In this document: piece after piece, positions 1 through 10,528 of the stretch
Layout: each line of letters opens with the position of its first letter
Numbering within the stretch: position 1 is the first letter of the stretch
From: Candidatus Latescibacterota bacterium
GTDB lineage: Bacteria; Latescibacterota; UBA2968; GCA-2709665
Assembly: GCA_965208835.1 (NCBI GenBank)
Contig: OZ242358.1
Coordinates: 4,864,001-4,928,000 of the forward strand
Reading direction: 5' to 3'
DNA length: 64,000 bases
Translations under genes and position numbers: made by a program
The notes under the pieces: model-generated
Seen by the model: only the letters and a program-made list of their open reading frames with translations
What the model was told of the DNA's origin: nothing
Databases searched by the model: none

Positions 1-447
1 GCCCACACGCGAGATTTCGGGATGAATCTGGGAGGCGGTACCCTCCTGGACCCCACCAGGCCGGGCGGTCATTTTTCGTTCGAGATGTCGCTCAGCGACG
101 AGTATCCCACTCACCTGGCGCCTTTCTGCGAACTCTACAGCAAGTCGGGTACAAGGATCATGCCGATAGGCATCTCGCTGCTATACAAGCCACCGCTTTC
201 GGAATACGGGGGCACGATATATTTCGGCGCCGGCGGCGGCGCGCTGCTCATCCGGGGTCAACCCACCGCGGGCCAGGCAACCGGCACCGACGGGATGATC
301 ACCGTGGCGGGCGGGTTGTCGTTTGGCGTGGGACCCCGTGCGGGGGTGTTCGTTCAGGTACGCTGGTTCAGATCTTTCGAAGACCAGACAGCAGAGAACG
401 AAGTCGGCCTTCAGGCGGGCATACGTTTCAGCCTCCCGGGAGATTGA
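1..447 (+). CDS. Outer-membrane beta-barrel-like protein, 5'-truncated by the window edge
   Basis: Frame is open from base 1; Gly/aromatic alternating strands (IYFGAGGGALL, GLQAGIRF) near the C-terminus. Confidence 0.55.
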   Translation, partial: AHTRDFGMNLGGGTLLDPTRPGGHFSFEMSLSDEYPTHLAPFCELYSKSGTRIMPIGISLLYKPPLSEYGGTIYFGAGGGALLIRGQPTAGQATGTDGMITVAGGLSFGVGPRAGVFVQVRWFRSFEDQTAENEVGLQAGIRFSLPGD

Positions 448-482
448 GTACTTTACAACTGACGGATGGAATTCAGAACACC

Positions 483-523
483 AAAGCGCCGGGACCCTCT
501 TAAGGATCCCGGCGCTTTCCTTT
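483..523 (+). terminator. Rho-independent terminator-like hairpin
   Basis: AAAGCGCCGGGA...TCCCGGCGCTTT followed by CCTTT, just after the first CDS. Confidence 0.6.
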
Positions 524-585
524 GGTCCGCATCAACCTCAATACGAATAAAGATAACCGTTAAATTGGCCACCAAGAGCCTGAAT

Positions 586-745
586 GCGGGTAGAGGGAAG
601 ACGGTAGACCAAAAGCGGTGAGACGGGAACCGGTAGACGGTAGAAGAAATACTCGCCCGCTTTTTATGTTCCTTCTTGCCTTCGGCACGAAAAGAACCCT
701 CACGAGGCAGGCAATTTCTACCCTCTCCCGTCTCACGTCTCACCG
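586..745 (+). repeat. Family A element copy 1 (7-mer inverted arms + TGCC-N3-GGCA / CCT-N4-AGG core)
   Basis: GGTAGAC/GTGAGAC-type left arm, core TTGCCTTCGGCACGAAAAGAACCCTCACGAGGCAGGCAAT, right arm TCTCCCGTCTCACGTCTCACC; matches 10 other loci. Confidence 0.85.
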
Positions 746-774
746 ATTCTGAGGGGCCGGGGGGAGAGGTCCTG

Positions 775-2277
775 TCAACACCTGTTGCGCAGCAGATCAA
801 CCAGGAGTCGCACGCCCACGCCCGTGCCGCCCCTGGGGATGTGCGGCTGGTCTTTCTGCGCCCAGGCGGTGCCGGCAATGTCGAGGTGAGCCCAGGGGAA
901 GTCCTGCACGAAGGCTTCGATGAAAGCCGCGCCCGTGATGGCGCCGCCGCCGCGGCCACCCGTGTTTTTCAGATCCGCAATATCGCTCTTCATCTGCTCG
1001 CGATGGCCGTCCAGAATGGGCAGGCGCCACGCGATCTCCCCCGTCCTTTCTCCGGCCGCGGCGATTTCGGACGCCAGTGCGTCATCGTTGGAGAAGAGCC
1101 CGCTGGCCTCGTGCCCAAGGGCAATGATGCAGGCGCCCGTGAGCGTGGCAAGATCGATCGCGGCGCAGGGTTTGTAGCGGGCGGCATAGGCGACGGCGTC
1201 GGCCAGAACCAGGCGGCCTTCGGCGTCCGTGGATCGGATCTCGATGGTTTTTCCCAGCATGGAGCGGATGATGTCGCCGGGCTTGAGCGCGCGGCTGCCT
1301 GGCATGTTTTCCGAGGCCGCCACCAGGCCGATCGTGCGCACCGGCAGGTCCAGGCGCGCCACCGCCTGCATCGCGCCGATGACGGCGGCGGCGCCACCCA
1401 TGTCGAATTTCATATCCCACATGCCCTCGGAGCCTTTGATTGAAATACCGCCGGAGTCGAACGTGATGCCCTTTCCGATCAGCACCGCGGGCGCCGCTTC
1501 CGGATCTTCGCCACCGTGTTCGAGGACGATGAATCTGGGGGGTTGCGCGCTGCCCTGCGCCACGGCCTGAATCGTGCGCATACCTTCCGCATCAATCCGC
1601 TCGTCGTCGAAAACCTCGCATCGAAGGCCCGTTTCACGGGCCATGGCTTCGGCGCGTCCGGCGAGTATTTCGGGCGTCATTTCGTTGCCCGGATGGCTTG
1701 CCAGGTCCCGGGCCAAACATGCGGCTTCGGCGATGATTCGCCCTGCATGCGATCCGTTTTCGATGTCGGTCTGTTTGGCCGCATCGAATTCGACCAGTGT
1801 AAGTCCTTCGAGTTCGTTGTTGTTGTCGTCGTCTTCCACGCTCTTGTACGGCGTAAAGCGGTACGTGCCGAGAACGGCGCCCTCGACCACTGCCTGAGCC
1901 GCGGCGCCAACCTCCAGGCCGCCCACGCCGCCGCCGTGAACCACCGTGGCCAGCTGTTCCGCGCCCAGTCCGCGGGCACGCCGCGCGGCCGCGGCGGAGA
2001 CCTGCCGCACCCGGTCGAGGGTGAATTCCTCGCGTTTGCCCAGACCCACGAGGAGGAGGCGATTTGCGGAAATGCCACCCCTCGGATAAAGGACCGCGAT
2101 CTCTTTGAATTTGCCCGTGAAGTCGCCGCCTGCAATCAGGTCCCGGATCTGGCCGTTCAATGCCGCGTCCACTGCGCCGGTGGCTCCGCCGGGTACCGTG
2201 ACGCCGTCGAACAGATTCAACACAATCGCGTCCGTTTCCCATTTTACGATGTTTTCAATCGCTACAGATATGTCCAC
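775..2277 (-). CDS. pepA: Leucyl aminopeptidase (M17)
   Basis: KGITFDSGG, MKFDMGGAA, TDAEGRL and WAHLDIAG motifs; GTG start after GGAGG. Confidence 0.93.
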   Translation of the reverse strand: MDISVAIENIVKWETDAIVLNLFDGVTVPGGATGAVDAALNGQIRDLIAGGDFTGKFKEIAVLYPRGGISANRLLLVGLGKREEFTLDRVRQVSAAAARRARGLGAEQLATVVHGGGVGGLEVGAAAQAVVEGAVLGTYRFTPYKSVEDDDNNNELEGLTLVEFDAAKQTDIENGSHAGRIIAEAACLARDLASHPGNEMTPEILAGRAEAMARETGLRCEVFDDERIDAEGMRTIQAVAQGSAQPPRFIVLEHGGEDPEAAPAVLIGKGITFDSGGISIKGSEGMWDMKFDMGGAAAVIGAMQAVARLDLPVRTIGLVAASENMPGSRALKPGDIIRSMLGKTIEIRSTDAEGRLVLADAVAYAARYKPCAAIDLATLTGACIIALGHEASGLFSNDDALASEIAAAGERTGEIAWRLPILDGHREQMKSDIADLKNTGGRGGGAITGAAFIEAFVQDFPWAHLDIAGTAWAQKDQPHIPRGGTGVGVRLLVDLLRNRC

Positions 2278-2417
2278 AAAACCTCCCATTGATGACGGTT
2301 GGCGCTGCCCGGGACTCCGCATTCGCCCCGGCATGACGGTCTTTCCGGGTTGCTCTCATTGCGCTGGCGCGGGATCCGATGGTTCGTACGGCCGGTATGA
2401 GCGCGGCGTCCCCGGAA

Positions 2418-3056
2418 TCACCACACGCCTGAACCTCCCGCGAAAAAGGGATTGCTCGACTTCTCGATGCCCACTGTGGTGAAGGGTCCATGGCCGGGGT
2501 AGATCTTCGTCTCATCGTCCAGAATCAGAATCTTCTCCCGTATTGACTTGAGCAGAAGGTCCGTATCGCCGCCCGGAAGGTCGGTGCGGCCGATGGAGCC
2601 GGCAAAAAGGCTGTCCCCGACTACCGCGTGGCCCGGCCACTTGAGGGTGATATTGCCCCGTGCGTGGCCCGGCGTGTGGACAATCTCAAGGGTTTCTTCA
2701 CCCATCCTGACGACGTCTCCCTCCTGGAGAAAACGATCGATGCGCGGGGGCGGCTCCGCGTCCATGCCGATGGATCCTGCGATTTCGACGAGGTTTTCGA
2801 CCTCGAAGCGGTCGGCCGGATGTATCGCAAACGGGGCGCCGGTCTCGCGGACAGCCGAGGCCGCATGCGCAATGTGGTCGTAATGTCCGTGGGTGGCCAC
2901 GACTTCCACGATGCGGATGTCGTCTTCCAGGACCAGTTCAATAACTTCCGGGACGTTGTCGCCCGGATCGACGATAATGCCCTCGAGGGTCTTTTCACAG
3001 GCCAGGACGAAACAGTTCACCTGCAACGGACCGACGACGATTGACTTGAAGATCAA
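2418..3056 (-). CDS. MBL-fold metallo-hydrolase (glyoxalase II/YcbL-like)
   Basis: THGHYDH, HTPGH, GDSLFAGSIGRTDLPGG, YPGHG; TTG start after GAGG. Confidence 0.9.
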   Translation of the reverse strand: MIFKSIVVGPLQVNCFVLACEKTLEGIIVDPGDNVPEVIELVLEDDIRIVEVVATHGHYDHIAHAASAVRETGAPFAIHPADRFEVENLVEIAGSIGMDAEPPPRIDRFLQEGDVVRMGEETLEIVHTPGHARGNITLKWPGHAVVGDSLFAGSIGRTDLPGGDTDLLLKSIREKILILDDETKIYPGHGPFTTVGIEKSSNPFFAGGSGVW

Positions 3057-3154
3057 GAGATACCTCGTGTTGGGAACTGCACAGGGCGACGCATGAACAT
3101 GTAGCGCAAATTGGCAATTTGCGCTACGATCCCAGGAACGACGCCGTGAATGTA

Positions 3155-4486
3155 TTAAGCGAGCCCCAAGCCCTCTTCGCCGGCGTGGATGGACGCGAGG
3201 ACCCATGGATCCCGGGTTTCGACCCGGAACGCCTTGACCTTCCGCCGCATCGTCTCCGCGACCTCCGCAACCACCGGATCGTGGATCAGATTGGTGGACT
3301 CTTCCGGGTCGGCCTCAACGTCGAACAGTGCTTCTCCATCCTGATGCAGAAACCGTTCCGTGGGCCGCCTCCCCATCATCCCGATCCTCTCAGCCAGGAC
3401 TGTCTGCCAGGTCGGTGACGCCCACAGATCGCCCGGAATCGGCGTTGTCAACTCGGGATAGAGATTGCGGACGTATTTATACTTTCTTCCCCTCAGCACA
3501 CGGTACGGATAGTAGTTCGTCACCTCGTGGAACGAATGAGAAAAAAACGTCTCTTCCCACCCTTCCGGGTGGGCCTCGTCCAGAATCGGGACCAAGGAAC
3601 GCTCCGGAAGGCCCTCCGGTGGTTCCACCCCGCACCAATCCAGAACCGTCGGCGCGATATTGCACCAATTTACGAGCGCGTCGGAACGAACGGACGCCGC
3701 GTCGGGCCGTACCAGAATCAACGGACAGCGATGCCCGGAGTCAAACGAGGATCCCTTGGCGCCGGGAAACGGCATCCCGTGATCGCTCATCACGACGATC
3801 AGCGTGTCCGCCGCCCTCCCGGCGGCTTCCAGCGCATCCACCGCCATCCCGATCCCCTGATCCAGTCTGGATATCGACTGGTAATATTCGGCCAGCTCTT
3901 TCCGCACAGCCGGATGGTCGGGCAGGAAATCGGGCACCACCACCTCGTCCGGCGAATAACGCACCTCCTCCACGTCAGGATAGGTCTCCCTGTTTCCGAA
4001 ATTCCGATGCGGATCTCCAAATCCCATGTGCAGATAGAACGGCCTGTCACCCGTTTGAGAAAGGAACTCACCGGCCTGCCGGGCCATCTCGGCCACGTTG
4101 CGGGTCCCGCCGCGCACATGCTGCCGGTCGAACGTCCACGGATATACTTCCTCCGGCTGTACGTGCAGCTTGCCCACAATCCCGGTGGCAATCCCCGACG
4201 ATCCGAGGGTCCTTGGAATGGAGGGCATGGACAGTTGCGTATGGAAATTGTGGATCCCGTGCGTATGGCCGTACTGCCCGTGGGTGTGGCTGTAGTGTCC
4301 CGTCAACACGCACGCCCGGCTGGCCGCGCAGGATGGCGTTGTACAGAAAGCCTGGGTAAACACCGTTCCGCGCGATGCCAGTGCGTCCACGTTCGGTGTC
4401 CGGATCGCCAAATTTCCGTAACACCCGGCGATCGGACTCCAGTCGTCGGCAATCAAAAGCAGCACGCTGCGATAATCTGTGGCCAT
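3155..4486 (-). CDS. Sulfatase (N-sulfoglucosamine sulfohydrolase-like)
   Basis: LLIADD, TPNVD, CAASRA formylglycine motif, GKLH, SDHG. Confidence 0.9.
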   Translation of the reverse strand: MATDYRSVLLLIADDWSPIAGCYGNLAIRTPNVDALASRGTVFTQAFCTTPSCAASRACVLTGHYSHTHGQYGHTHGIHNFHTQLSMPSIPRTLGSSGIATGIVGKLHVQPEEVYPWTFDRQHVRGGTRNVAEMARQAGEFLSQTGDRPFYLHMGFGDPHRNFGNRETYPDVEEVRYSPDEVVVPDFLPDHPAVRKELAEYYQSISRLDQGIGMAVDALEAAGRAADTLIVVMSDHGMPFPGAKGSSFDSGHRCPLILVRPDAASVRSDALVNWCNIAPTVLDWCGVEPPEGLPERSLVPILDEAHPEGWEETFFSHSFHEVTNYYPYRVLRGRKYKYVRNLYPELTTPIPGDLWASPTWQTVLAERIGMMGRRPTERFLHQDGEALFDVEADPEESTNLIHDPVVAEVAETMRRKVKAFRVETRDPWVLASIHAGEEGLGLA

Positions 4487-4550
4487 GGCAGTCCCGCTTC
4501 GATCTATTTATGGGTGAATCGGCTTGTCAGGCCGGGTGAGATAATTTATC

Positions 4551-4994
4551 TTATGCGCGTTCCGCCGCATCATCGTGGAACCCGAGGATCCGGCGTTTCA
4601 ATGCCGCGTTTTCCCCGTTCCTGATTTTCCATAACAGATAAACCATCAGCAGGGCGCCGGCGGCGTCATACAGGACGTCGGTCCAGGTTCCCAGCCGCTC
4701 CGGAACGGCATACTGATGGAACTCGTCTGTCACGGCGTAACATACGGATAGCGCAGCGCTCCATGCCAGACATGGGCCGAACCGCCGCGGTTCCGTCCGG
4801 ATTGAACGCAGCCAGAGGTACGTCAGAATCGCATATTCCGCCAGATGCGCGAGCTTGCGGACGACGTAATTCAACACGCCGAACCAGGCCTCCGTCGCAT
4901 CCGCGGACATCCCGAAAGCCATCCATCTGCTCGACATCAGAAAGATCAGTCCCATCCAACCCGCCAGTGCGATTCTCCACCGTGTGACTGTCAA
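4551..4994 (-). CDS. VanZ-family membrane protein
   Basis: RKLAHLAEY, DEFHQYAVPER, DVLYDAAG motifs; start uncertain. Confidence 0.8.
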   Translation of the reverse strand: MTVTRWRIALAGWMGLIFLMSSRWMAFGMSADATEAWFGVLNYVVRKLAHLAEYAILTYLWLRSIRTEPRRFGPCLAWSAALSVCYAVTDEFHQYAVPERLGTWTDVLYDAAGALLMVYLLWKIRNGENAALKRRILGFHDDAAERA

Positions 4995-5130
4995 TCCGAC
5001 CTCGATTCGCCGTTTAGCCGTTTCGCCTCCAGTGTCCTCTAAGATCGCCTTTTGACAAAAATGCGTCAAGCACAAACCCGGCCGTCAACCGATTTTTCGG
5101 AGCGGGTTCCATTCATCGGGAGCGCCTGCG

Positions 5131-5805
5131 ATGCAAGCCTATCAGCAAGACTTCATTGACTTTCTGGTTGAAACCCGCGCCCTCCGTTTCGGCGAATTCA
5201 CGCTCAAGAGCGGTCGAAAGTCCCCTTACTTCTTCAATGCCGGGCAATTCAACACCGGCGCGGAAATCGAGCGCCTCGGCTACTACTATGCCTGCGCCAT
5301 CCGGGAGTTCGACGTTGAACCCACGCTTGTCTTCGGTCCGGCATACAAGGGCATTCCCCTGTGCATCGCCGCGGCCATCGCACTTCGACAGCGGTTCGAC
5401 ATGGATACCAGCTTTGCTTTTGACCGGAAGGAGATCAAGGAACATGGGGAAGGGGGCTGGCTCGTTGGAAAGGAACCCGCCCCTCAGGACCGCGTCGTAC
5501 TGGTAGACGACGTTGTTACCGACGGCGCCACCAAGATTCAGATGATCCGCAGGCTGAAAACGGCGTGCAGCGCCCGGATAACGGGTCTCGTTATCGCTCT
5601 GGACCGCAAGGAAAAAAACGCCGATGGTGAAGATGCCGTGTCGGCCCTCCAGTCAGCCGCCGGTGTGCCCGTGCGGTCCATTATCAGCATCCATGACATT
5701 CTTGCATACCTGCCAGGCCGCCGCATCGGCGGACGAATCGCCCTTACTGCCGACATGAAGGGACGAATCGAAACCTACCTGGATGAACACGGAATCACCG
5801 TGTGA
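5131..5805 (+). CDS. pyrE: Orotate phosphoribosyltransferase
   Basis: FGEFTLKSGRKSPYFFN, FGPAYKGIP, RKEIKEHGEGG, VLVDDVVTDG. Confidence 0.95.
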   Translation: MQAYQQDFIDFLVETRALRFGEFTLKSGRKSPYFFNAGQFNTGAEIERLGYYYACAIREFDVEPTLVFGPAYKGIPLCIAAAIALRQRFDMDTSFAFDRKEIKEHGEGGWLVGKEPAPQDRVVLVDDVVTDGATKIQMIRRLKTACSARITGLVIALDRKEKNADGEDAVSALQSAAGVPVRSIISIHDILAYLPGRRIGGRIALTADMKGRIETYLDEHGITV

Positions 5806-5847
5806 ACGGACGGTCGCCGTTCCACCCAGAAAAGCAGGTGGTTTCGC

Positions 5848-7050
5848 TTATTCAGGGCTCTGAACCCCCCCTCCGCAGTACGCCACGGCCGTCATCGCGT
5901 ACACCCGCGCCACCCGCACCAGCTCGTCCACCTCGACGACCTCGGACAGCGTATGCGCCCCTCTCCCATCCGGCCCGTGTGTCAGCGCGGGAATGCCGGC
6001 AAGGGCCGCATAGGTATTGCCGTCGTCAACGAACGGTTTGCCGCCGAACGGCAGTTCTCCACCCGAAACCGCTTTGTACGCCGTCTGAAACGCGCTGACG
6101 ATCGCGTCTTCGCGTGAGACCCGGAACGCGTCCCCCTGAACCTGGAAGTCGACCGTCGCGGACGTCCCGGCCTCCACCGCGAGTTCGTCGACCAGCTCGC
6201 GGAACCCGGATTCGACGGCTCCCGTACGGCCGGGCGTGACCCACCGTCTCGTGCCCCTGACGCTGCACGCCACCGGGGCCTGATTGTAGATCTCGCCCGA
6301 CTCGAAGAGCCCCACGAATACCGTATCGCGCCCCGACCACGGGTCGGAAGTCTTCGCCAGCGATCGATTCATGTTCCGGAGCCGGCATACCAGTTCGGCG
6401 CCGGCTGCAAGCACATCGGGCGTCTCCGGCGCACGAAGGACCTCGTGTACCGGATCCCCCTCCCTGCGAAACGAAACCTCGAAAATGGCCATTCCCCGTC
6501 CGGCCAGAGGCAGTCGATCCGCCAGATACTCAGGGAGCATCACGGCGTCACCCACGAGACCCTCCGCCACGAGGGCCCTCACCTGACGCCGGTCTCCCCA
6601 GGGACCTTCGTGATGGTCGTGCGCGGTAAGCAGTACACCCCCGCCGGCAAGCGCTTCGGATTCGCGCAGCGCCCGGAGCGCTTCGACGGCCGCCGCGATT
6701 CCACCCTTCATATCCGACGCGCCGGAACCGTACAGAACGCCTTCTTCCAACCGGGGAGGGACAAAGGGCAGATGAACCGTATCCAGATGGCCGTCGAACT
6801 GCAGGGTTGGTCCCGGTCGATCCGATTTCAGTCGAACCACAACCGCCGGCGCTTCCGGCCAGTCCGCGACCGGCCGTTGCACTTCGAATCCGTCGTTGGC
6901 CAGTATCTCCGCGAGACGATCCGCCACGGCGCCGGCGCTTCGTGTGGGGCTGGGCACCGAGATCAGCGACATCGCCGTTTCGACAAGCCGTTCCCGGTTC
7001 ACCGCGGACCGCACTTTTTCCATCCGGCCGGCTTCTGAAGTGTTGTCCAT
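5848..7050 (-). CDS. M20/M25/M40 metallopeptidase/deacylase (ArgE/DapE-like)
   Basis: GHLDTV, GSGASDMKGG, GAHTLSE; ATG after GGAGGG. Confidence 0.85.
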   Translation of the reverse strand: MDNTSEAGRMEKVRSAVNRERLVETAMSLISVPSPTRSAGAVADRLAEILANDGFEVQRPVADWPEAPAVVVRLKSDRPGPTLQFDGHLDTVHLPFVPPRLEEGVLYGSGASDMKGGIAAAVEALRALRESEALAGGGVLLTAHDHHEGPWGDRRQVRALVAEGLVGDAVMLPEYLADRLPLAGRGMAIFEVSFRREGDPVHEVLRAPETPDVLAAGAELVCRLRNMNRSLAKTSDPWSGRDTVFVGLFESGEIYNQAPVACSVRGTRRWVTPGRTGAVESGFRELVDELAVEAGTSATVDFQVQGDAFRVSREDAIVSAFQTAYKAVSGGELPFGGKPFVDDGNTYAALAGIPALTHGPDGRGAHTLSEVVEVDELVRVARVYAMTAVAYCGGGVQSPE

Positions 7051-7313
7051 GATACCCTCCCTTGCGGAGCGACCGTTAAACTCGTACCGCACGCGGAAAT
7101 CAGAAGTTGAGAAAAAGGAAAATGGTTGCGTTGCAAGAGGCAAATGTGGTATACATACTACCCGGCCGGCGGCAAACGGCAGGTGGGCCGCAAAAGATAT
7201 ATCGCAACCAGGGTACACTTCAAGTACACAAACGAGTGCCGCTGTTCGGACCGAAGGCCGGCATCGGGATTGAAAAAGCTGTTTTAAAACCACCAGCGAC
7301 TCGAGGAGGCAGA

Positions 7314-8480
7314 GTGGAGCAGGTCAAAAGCGACGATCCCCTTGCAATTACGCTCGGGGTCGAGGAAGAGTTCTTCCTTGTAGATCCGGGCACACGCGAT
7401 CTGCTGCCGGATCCGGACCGCGGAATTTTCGAAGCTTGCGAAAAAAACCTCGGGCCGCACCAGGTTGTGGCGGAATTCCTCCGATCCCAGATAGAAACCA
7501 CCACCAGGGTCTGCCAATCCGTGGCGGAAGTCCGCAAAGCCCTGTTGGAAACCCGACGCCTCGTCATCAATGCAGCCGCAAATCACGGGGCCGCGGTCAT
7601 GGCCGCCTCGACGCATCCCTTTGCAGCCTGGCATAACCAGGTCGTGACCGCCGGACGACGTTACGAACAATTCGCGACGACCTATCAACAGGCGGTTCGG
7701 GAACTGCTCGTCGGCGGGATGCACATTCACGCCGGATTCGGCGACGCGGACAGCCGCGTCAGGGTGATGACGGCGCTCCGGCAGCACCTCCCGTTGCTCC
7801 ATGCGCTGTCGGCCTCCTCACCGTTCAGCAGCGGGGGGGAAACGGGTTTCAAGTCCTACAGGATCACGCTCTTCAGCAGTCTGCCGCGCACGGGACTCCC
7901 GGCGCCACTCCGGACCTGGGACGAATTCGACCGTCTCGTATCCGACTACCGGCGCATGGAGTTCATCCGGGACAGCACCGAACTGTGGTGGCACATCCGA
8001 CCCTCCCGCGCCTTTCCTACCGTGGAGTTGCGCATCTGCGACATCTGCCACACCGTTGAAGAAGCGGTTTGCGTGGTGGCGTTGTATGCTTCTCTCGTGC
8101 GCCACCTGCTCAGGCTGGATATGGAGGGTCGTCTTCCGCCGGATCCGCCAACCGAGCTGATCGCCGAGAACTGCTGGCTCGCGCAGCGATACGGCGTGCT
8201 TGCATTCCTGGGAGATACCGGCGGAAAGGGGCGCATGGACATCGACGAACTGGCCCATTCGCTCGTGGACGAGCTTTCGGAAGACGCGCGGGCGCTGGGT
8301 TGCGAGCCGGAACTGCGCCACGCCCTGGACATTATCCGCAGCGGCACCGGCGCGGACCGGCAGATCGATCATTTCCGCCTGCGCCGCCTGGAAGGCGATT
8401 CGAAACCTGAAGCCCTTCGCGAAGTGGTCGACCTCGTGGTCGAGGACACCGGGCGCGGCATCGCGGACCTGAAGAACTGA
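7314..8480 (+). CDS. Carboxylate-amine ligase, GCS2/YbdK family
   Basis: TLGVEEEFFLVD, GMHIHAG, WWHIRPS, TVELRICD; GTG after GAGGAGG. Confidence 0.88.
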   Translation: MEQVKSDDPLAITLGVEEEFFLVDPGTRDLLPDPDRGIFEACEKNLGPHQVVAEFLRSQIETTTRVCQSVAEVRKALLETRRLVINAAANHGAAVMAASTHPFAAWHNQVVTAGRRYEQFATTYQQAVRELLVGGMHIHAGFGDADSRVRVMTALRQHLPLLHALSASSPFSSGGETGFKSYRITLFSSLPRTGLPAPLRTWDEFDRLVSDYRRMEFIRDSTELWWHIRPSRAFPTVELRICDICHTVEEAVCVVALYASLVRHLLRLDMEGRLPPDPPTELIAENCWLAQRYGVLAFLGDTGGKGRMDIDELAHSLVDELSEDARALGCEPELRHALDIIRSGTGADRQIDHFRLRRLEGDSKPEALREVVDLVVEDTGRGIADLKN

Positions 8481-8586
8481 CGGCGCCCGGACCGGCCTTC
8501 GCATTCCATCGCTCGGGGCGCCGCGTTGCTGTTCCTGTCGAAGTCAGGCTGAATCTTACTCCCTCATCAGGACGATTGCAGAAAAC

Positions 8587-9669
8587 GTGAACACCTGCGC
8601 TACAGTGAAGCTGAAGACGGGTGAGGCGCTCGTCGTCAGGGAAGTCGAGCCCCCTCTCGGGCGCTACGCGGGGAGTGTGGGATGCTGGTGGGACGCGGTA
8701 GACCCGGACCTTCTCGATGGCACCCTCGCGCCATGGCTTCGTTGCCCTTACTATATTGGCGAAATTGACGAAAGCGTCGCCGGGTACATGACCTGCCTCA
8801 CATCCGTGCGGAATCCAGAGGTAGGGCTCGTGGAATTCGTCAGCACAGCGAACGAGCACAGGCGCAAGGGCGTGGGGACAGTCCTGCTGCGGCAACTGAT
8901 CGACAGCTTCGAAGCAAACGGCGGACTGGCCCTCTACCTGTGCACCACGAATCCGGTTGCCGGAAAGTTGTACGAAAATTGCGGGTTCGACTATTTCATC
9001 GGTGACGGTATGCGGTACCTGTCGGCATCGGCCGGCGACTTCGATGCCCGGTACCTGACACGCGAGGGCGACGCGATCGCGCGCGAGGCAGACTGGGGAG
9101 ACCTTCCCGGCGCCACCGTCCTGTTCTGCCACCCGCATCCATCCTGGGAAATCAAGGAATACCTGAGCCACTGTTTCCGCGAAACCCGTTTCGAGGGCCA
9201 CTACGTGAAGCTGATGCGCCGCGTCGAGGAGGACCGCGGCGTCATCATCGTACTCGAGAATCGCCGGAAACGGGTGGTGGGATGTGCCGTCATCGAACGC
9301 CTGCCCACGTTTCAACAGCAGCACGTGGGTCAGTTGAGCTTCCGGACCGCCCCGGAGTACAACGACCAGGCGACCGAGCTTCTGGAGGCTGCCGGAGCCC
9401 GTGCATGCGGCATCGGTATTTCCGTACTTCAGACGTACGTCTCGGACGAGGATTCGGACGCAGGGAGCATGCTCCAGGAGGCCGGTTTCGAACGCGAAGC
9501 TGTCCTGCCAGGCCGTCTGCGAACCGCATGCGGACTGACAGGCATCGCCGTGTACGGAAGGGAACTCGGAGACACCGGCCCGTGGCGTCCCCCGGAGGAT
9601 TACTACGGTGAGAGGAAACCCTGGCAGGAGCAGAGAGTCCGCGCCGCGGTGAAAAACGGCACGCCATGA
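8587..9669 (+). CDS. Tandem GNAT-domain acetyltransferase
   Basis: HRRKGVG motif A and KLYENCGF; second GNAT-like half with AGFEREA. Confidence 0.7.
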   Translation: MNTCATVKLKTGEALVVREVEPPLGRYAGSVGCWWDAVDPDLLDGTLAPWLRCPYYIGEIDESVAGYMTCLTSVRNPEVGLVEFVSTANEHRRKGVGTVLLRQLIDSFEANGGLALYLCTTNPVAGKLYENCGFDYFIGDGMRYLSASAGDFDARYLTREGDAIAREADWGDLPGATVLFCHPHPSWEIKEYLSHCFRETRFEGHYVKLMRRVEEDRGVIIVLENRRKRVVGCAVIERLPTFQQQHVGQLSFRTAPEYNDQATELLEAAGARACGIGISVLQTYVSDEDSDAGSMLQEAGFEREAVLPGRLRTACGLTGIAVYGRELGDTGPWRPPEDYYGERKPWQEQRVRAAVKNGTP

Positions 9670-9711
9670 GACATCCGTTTATGAATTCACAGCTGAGAAA
9701 GGTCCAGTAAA

Positions 9712-10524
9712 TTGTCTTACCAGGAAGTGATTACCCAACTACAGACGAAGATCCAGCAAATCGCCCACCAGCTGGTCGACGCCGGGCCGCGGATTGCAGG
9801 CGCCCTTGCCCTGGTGTTACTCGGGCTGGGGCTGGCTTATCTGGTGCGCGCTCTGAGCCGCAGGTTGATCGCCGGGTTGGACCGGCTGATTCCGCGTCTC
9901 AGACTGCACACCCGGCGGGGGGAGGAATTCCGGAACGCAGCCGGCTGGGCCGTGGGCCGCGTGCTCTTCTGGATGGTTCTCCTCTTCTTCCTCACGGTGG
10001 CCACGGAAATACTCGGGCTGCCCGTGGTGTCCGTCTGGCTCAACGGCATCGTCGTCTATCTGCCGCAGTTCCTCGCCGCCGTTCTGATTCTGTTCGCCGG
10101 CCTTGTCGGCGGACAGTTTCTCAGGGACGTCATCTTGTCGACGGGAATTGCCTACGCGACGGCCCTTGCGCGCCTGGGTCAGGTGTCTGTGGTGGTCGCG
10201 AGCTCCCTTATCGCCGTGAGACAGGCAGGACTCAACGTAGATCTTCTCACCAGCGGACTGCTTCTTGTTCTGGGTATCGTCTTACTTGGCAGCGCCTTGA
10301 CGTTTGCGCTGGGAGCCCGAACCACCGTGGCCAATATCCTGGCTTCGTACTATCTGCAGAAGACCTACAGTGTCGGCCACCGGGTCAGCGTTGGAAACTA
10401 CCAGGGAGAGATAGTCCGGATCACGGCCACCGCCGTGTTGCTGGATGCAGAGGAAGGACGAGTCTCGGTACCGGCGTCGGTCTTTGCCGAACAGGCGTCC
10501 ATATTGCTTGTAGAGAGGAAATGA
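9712..10524 (+). CDS. MscS-like small mechanosensitive channel domain protein with TM-helix repeats
   Basis: Several TM segments (PRIAGAL, YLPQFLAA); C-terminal VGHRVSVGNYQGEIVRI beta domain. Confidence 0.72.
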   Translation: MSYQEVITQLQTKIQQIAHQLVDAGPRIAGALALVLLGLGLAYLVRALSRRLIAGLDRLIPRLRLHTRRGEEFRNAAGWAVGRVLFWMVLLFFLTVATEILGLPVVSVWLNGIVVYLPQFLAAVLILFAGLVGGQFLRDVILSTGIAYATALARLGQVSVVVASSLIAVRQAGLNVDLLTSGLLLVLGIVLLGSALTFALGARTTVANILASYYLQKTYSVGHRVSVGNYQGEIVRITATAVLLDAEEGRVSVPASVFAEQASILLVERK

Positions 10525-10528
10525 CACA

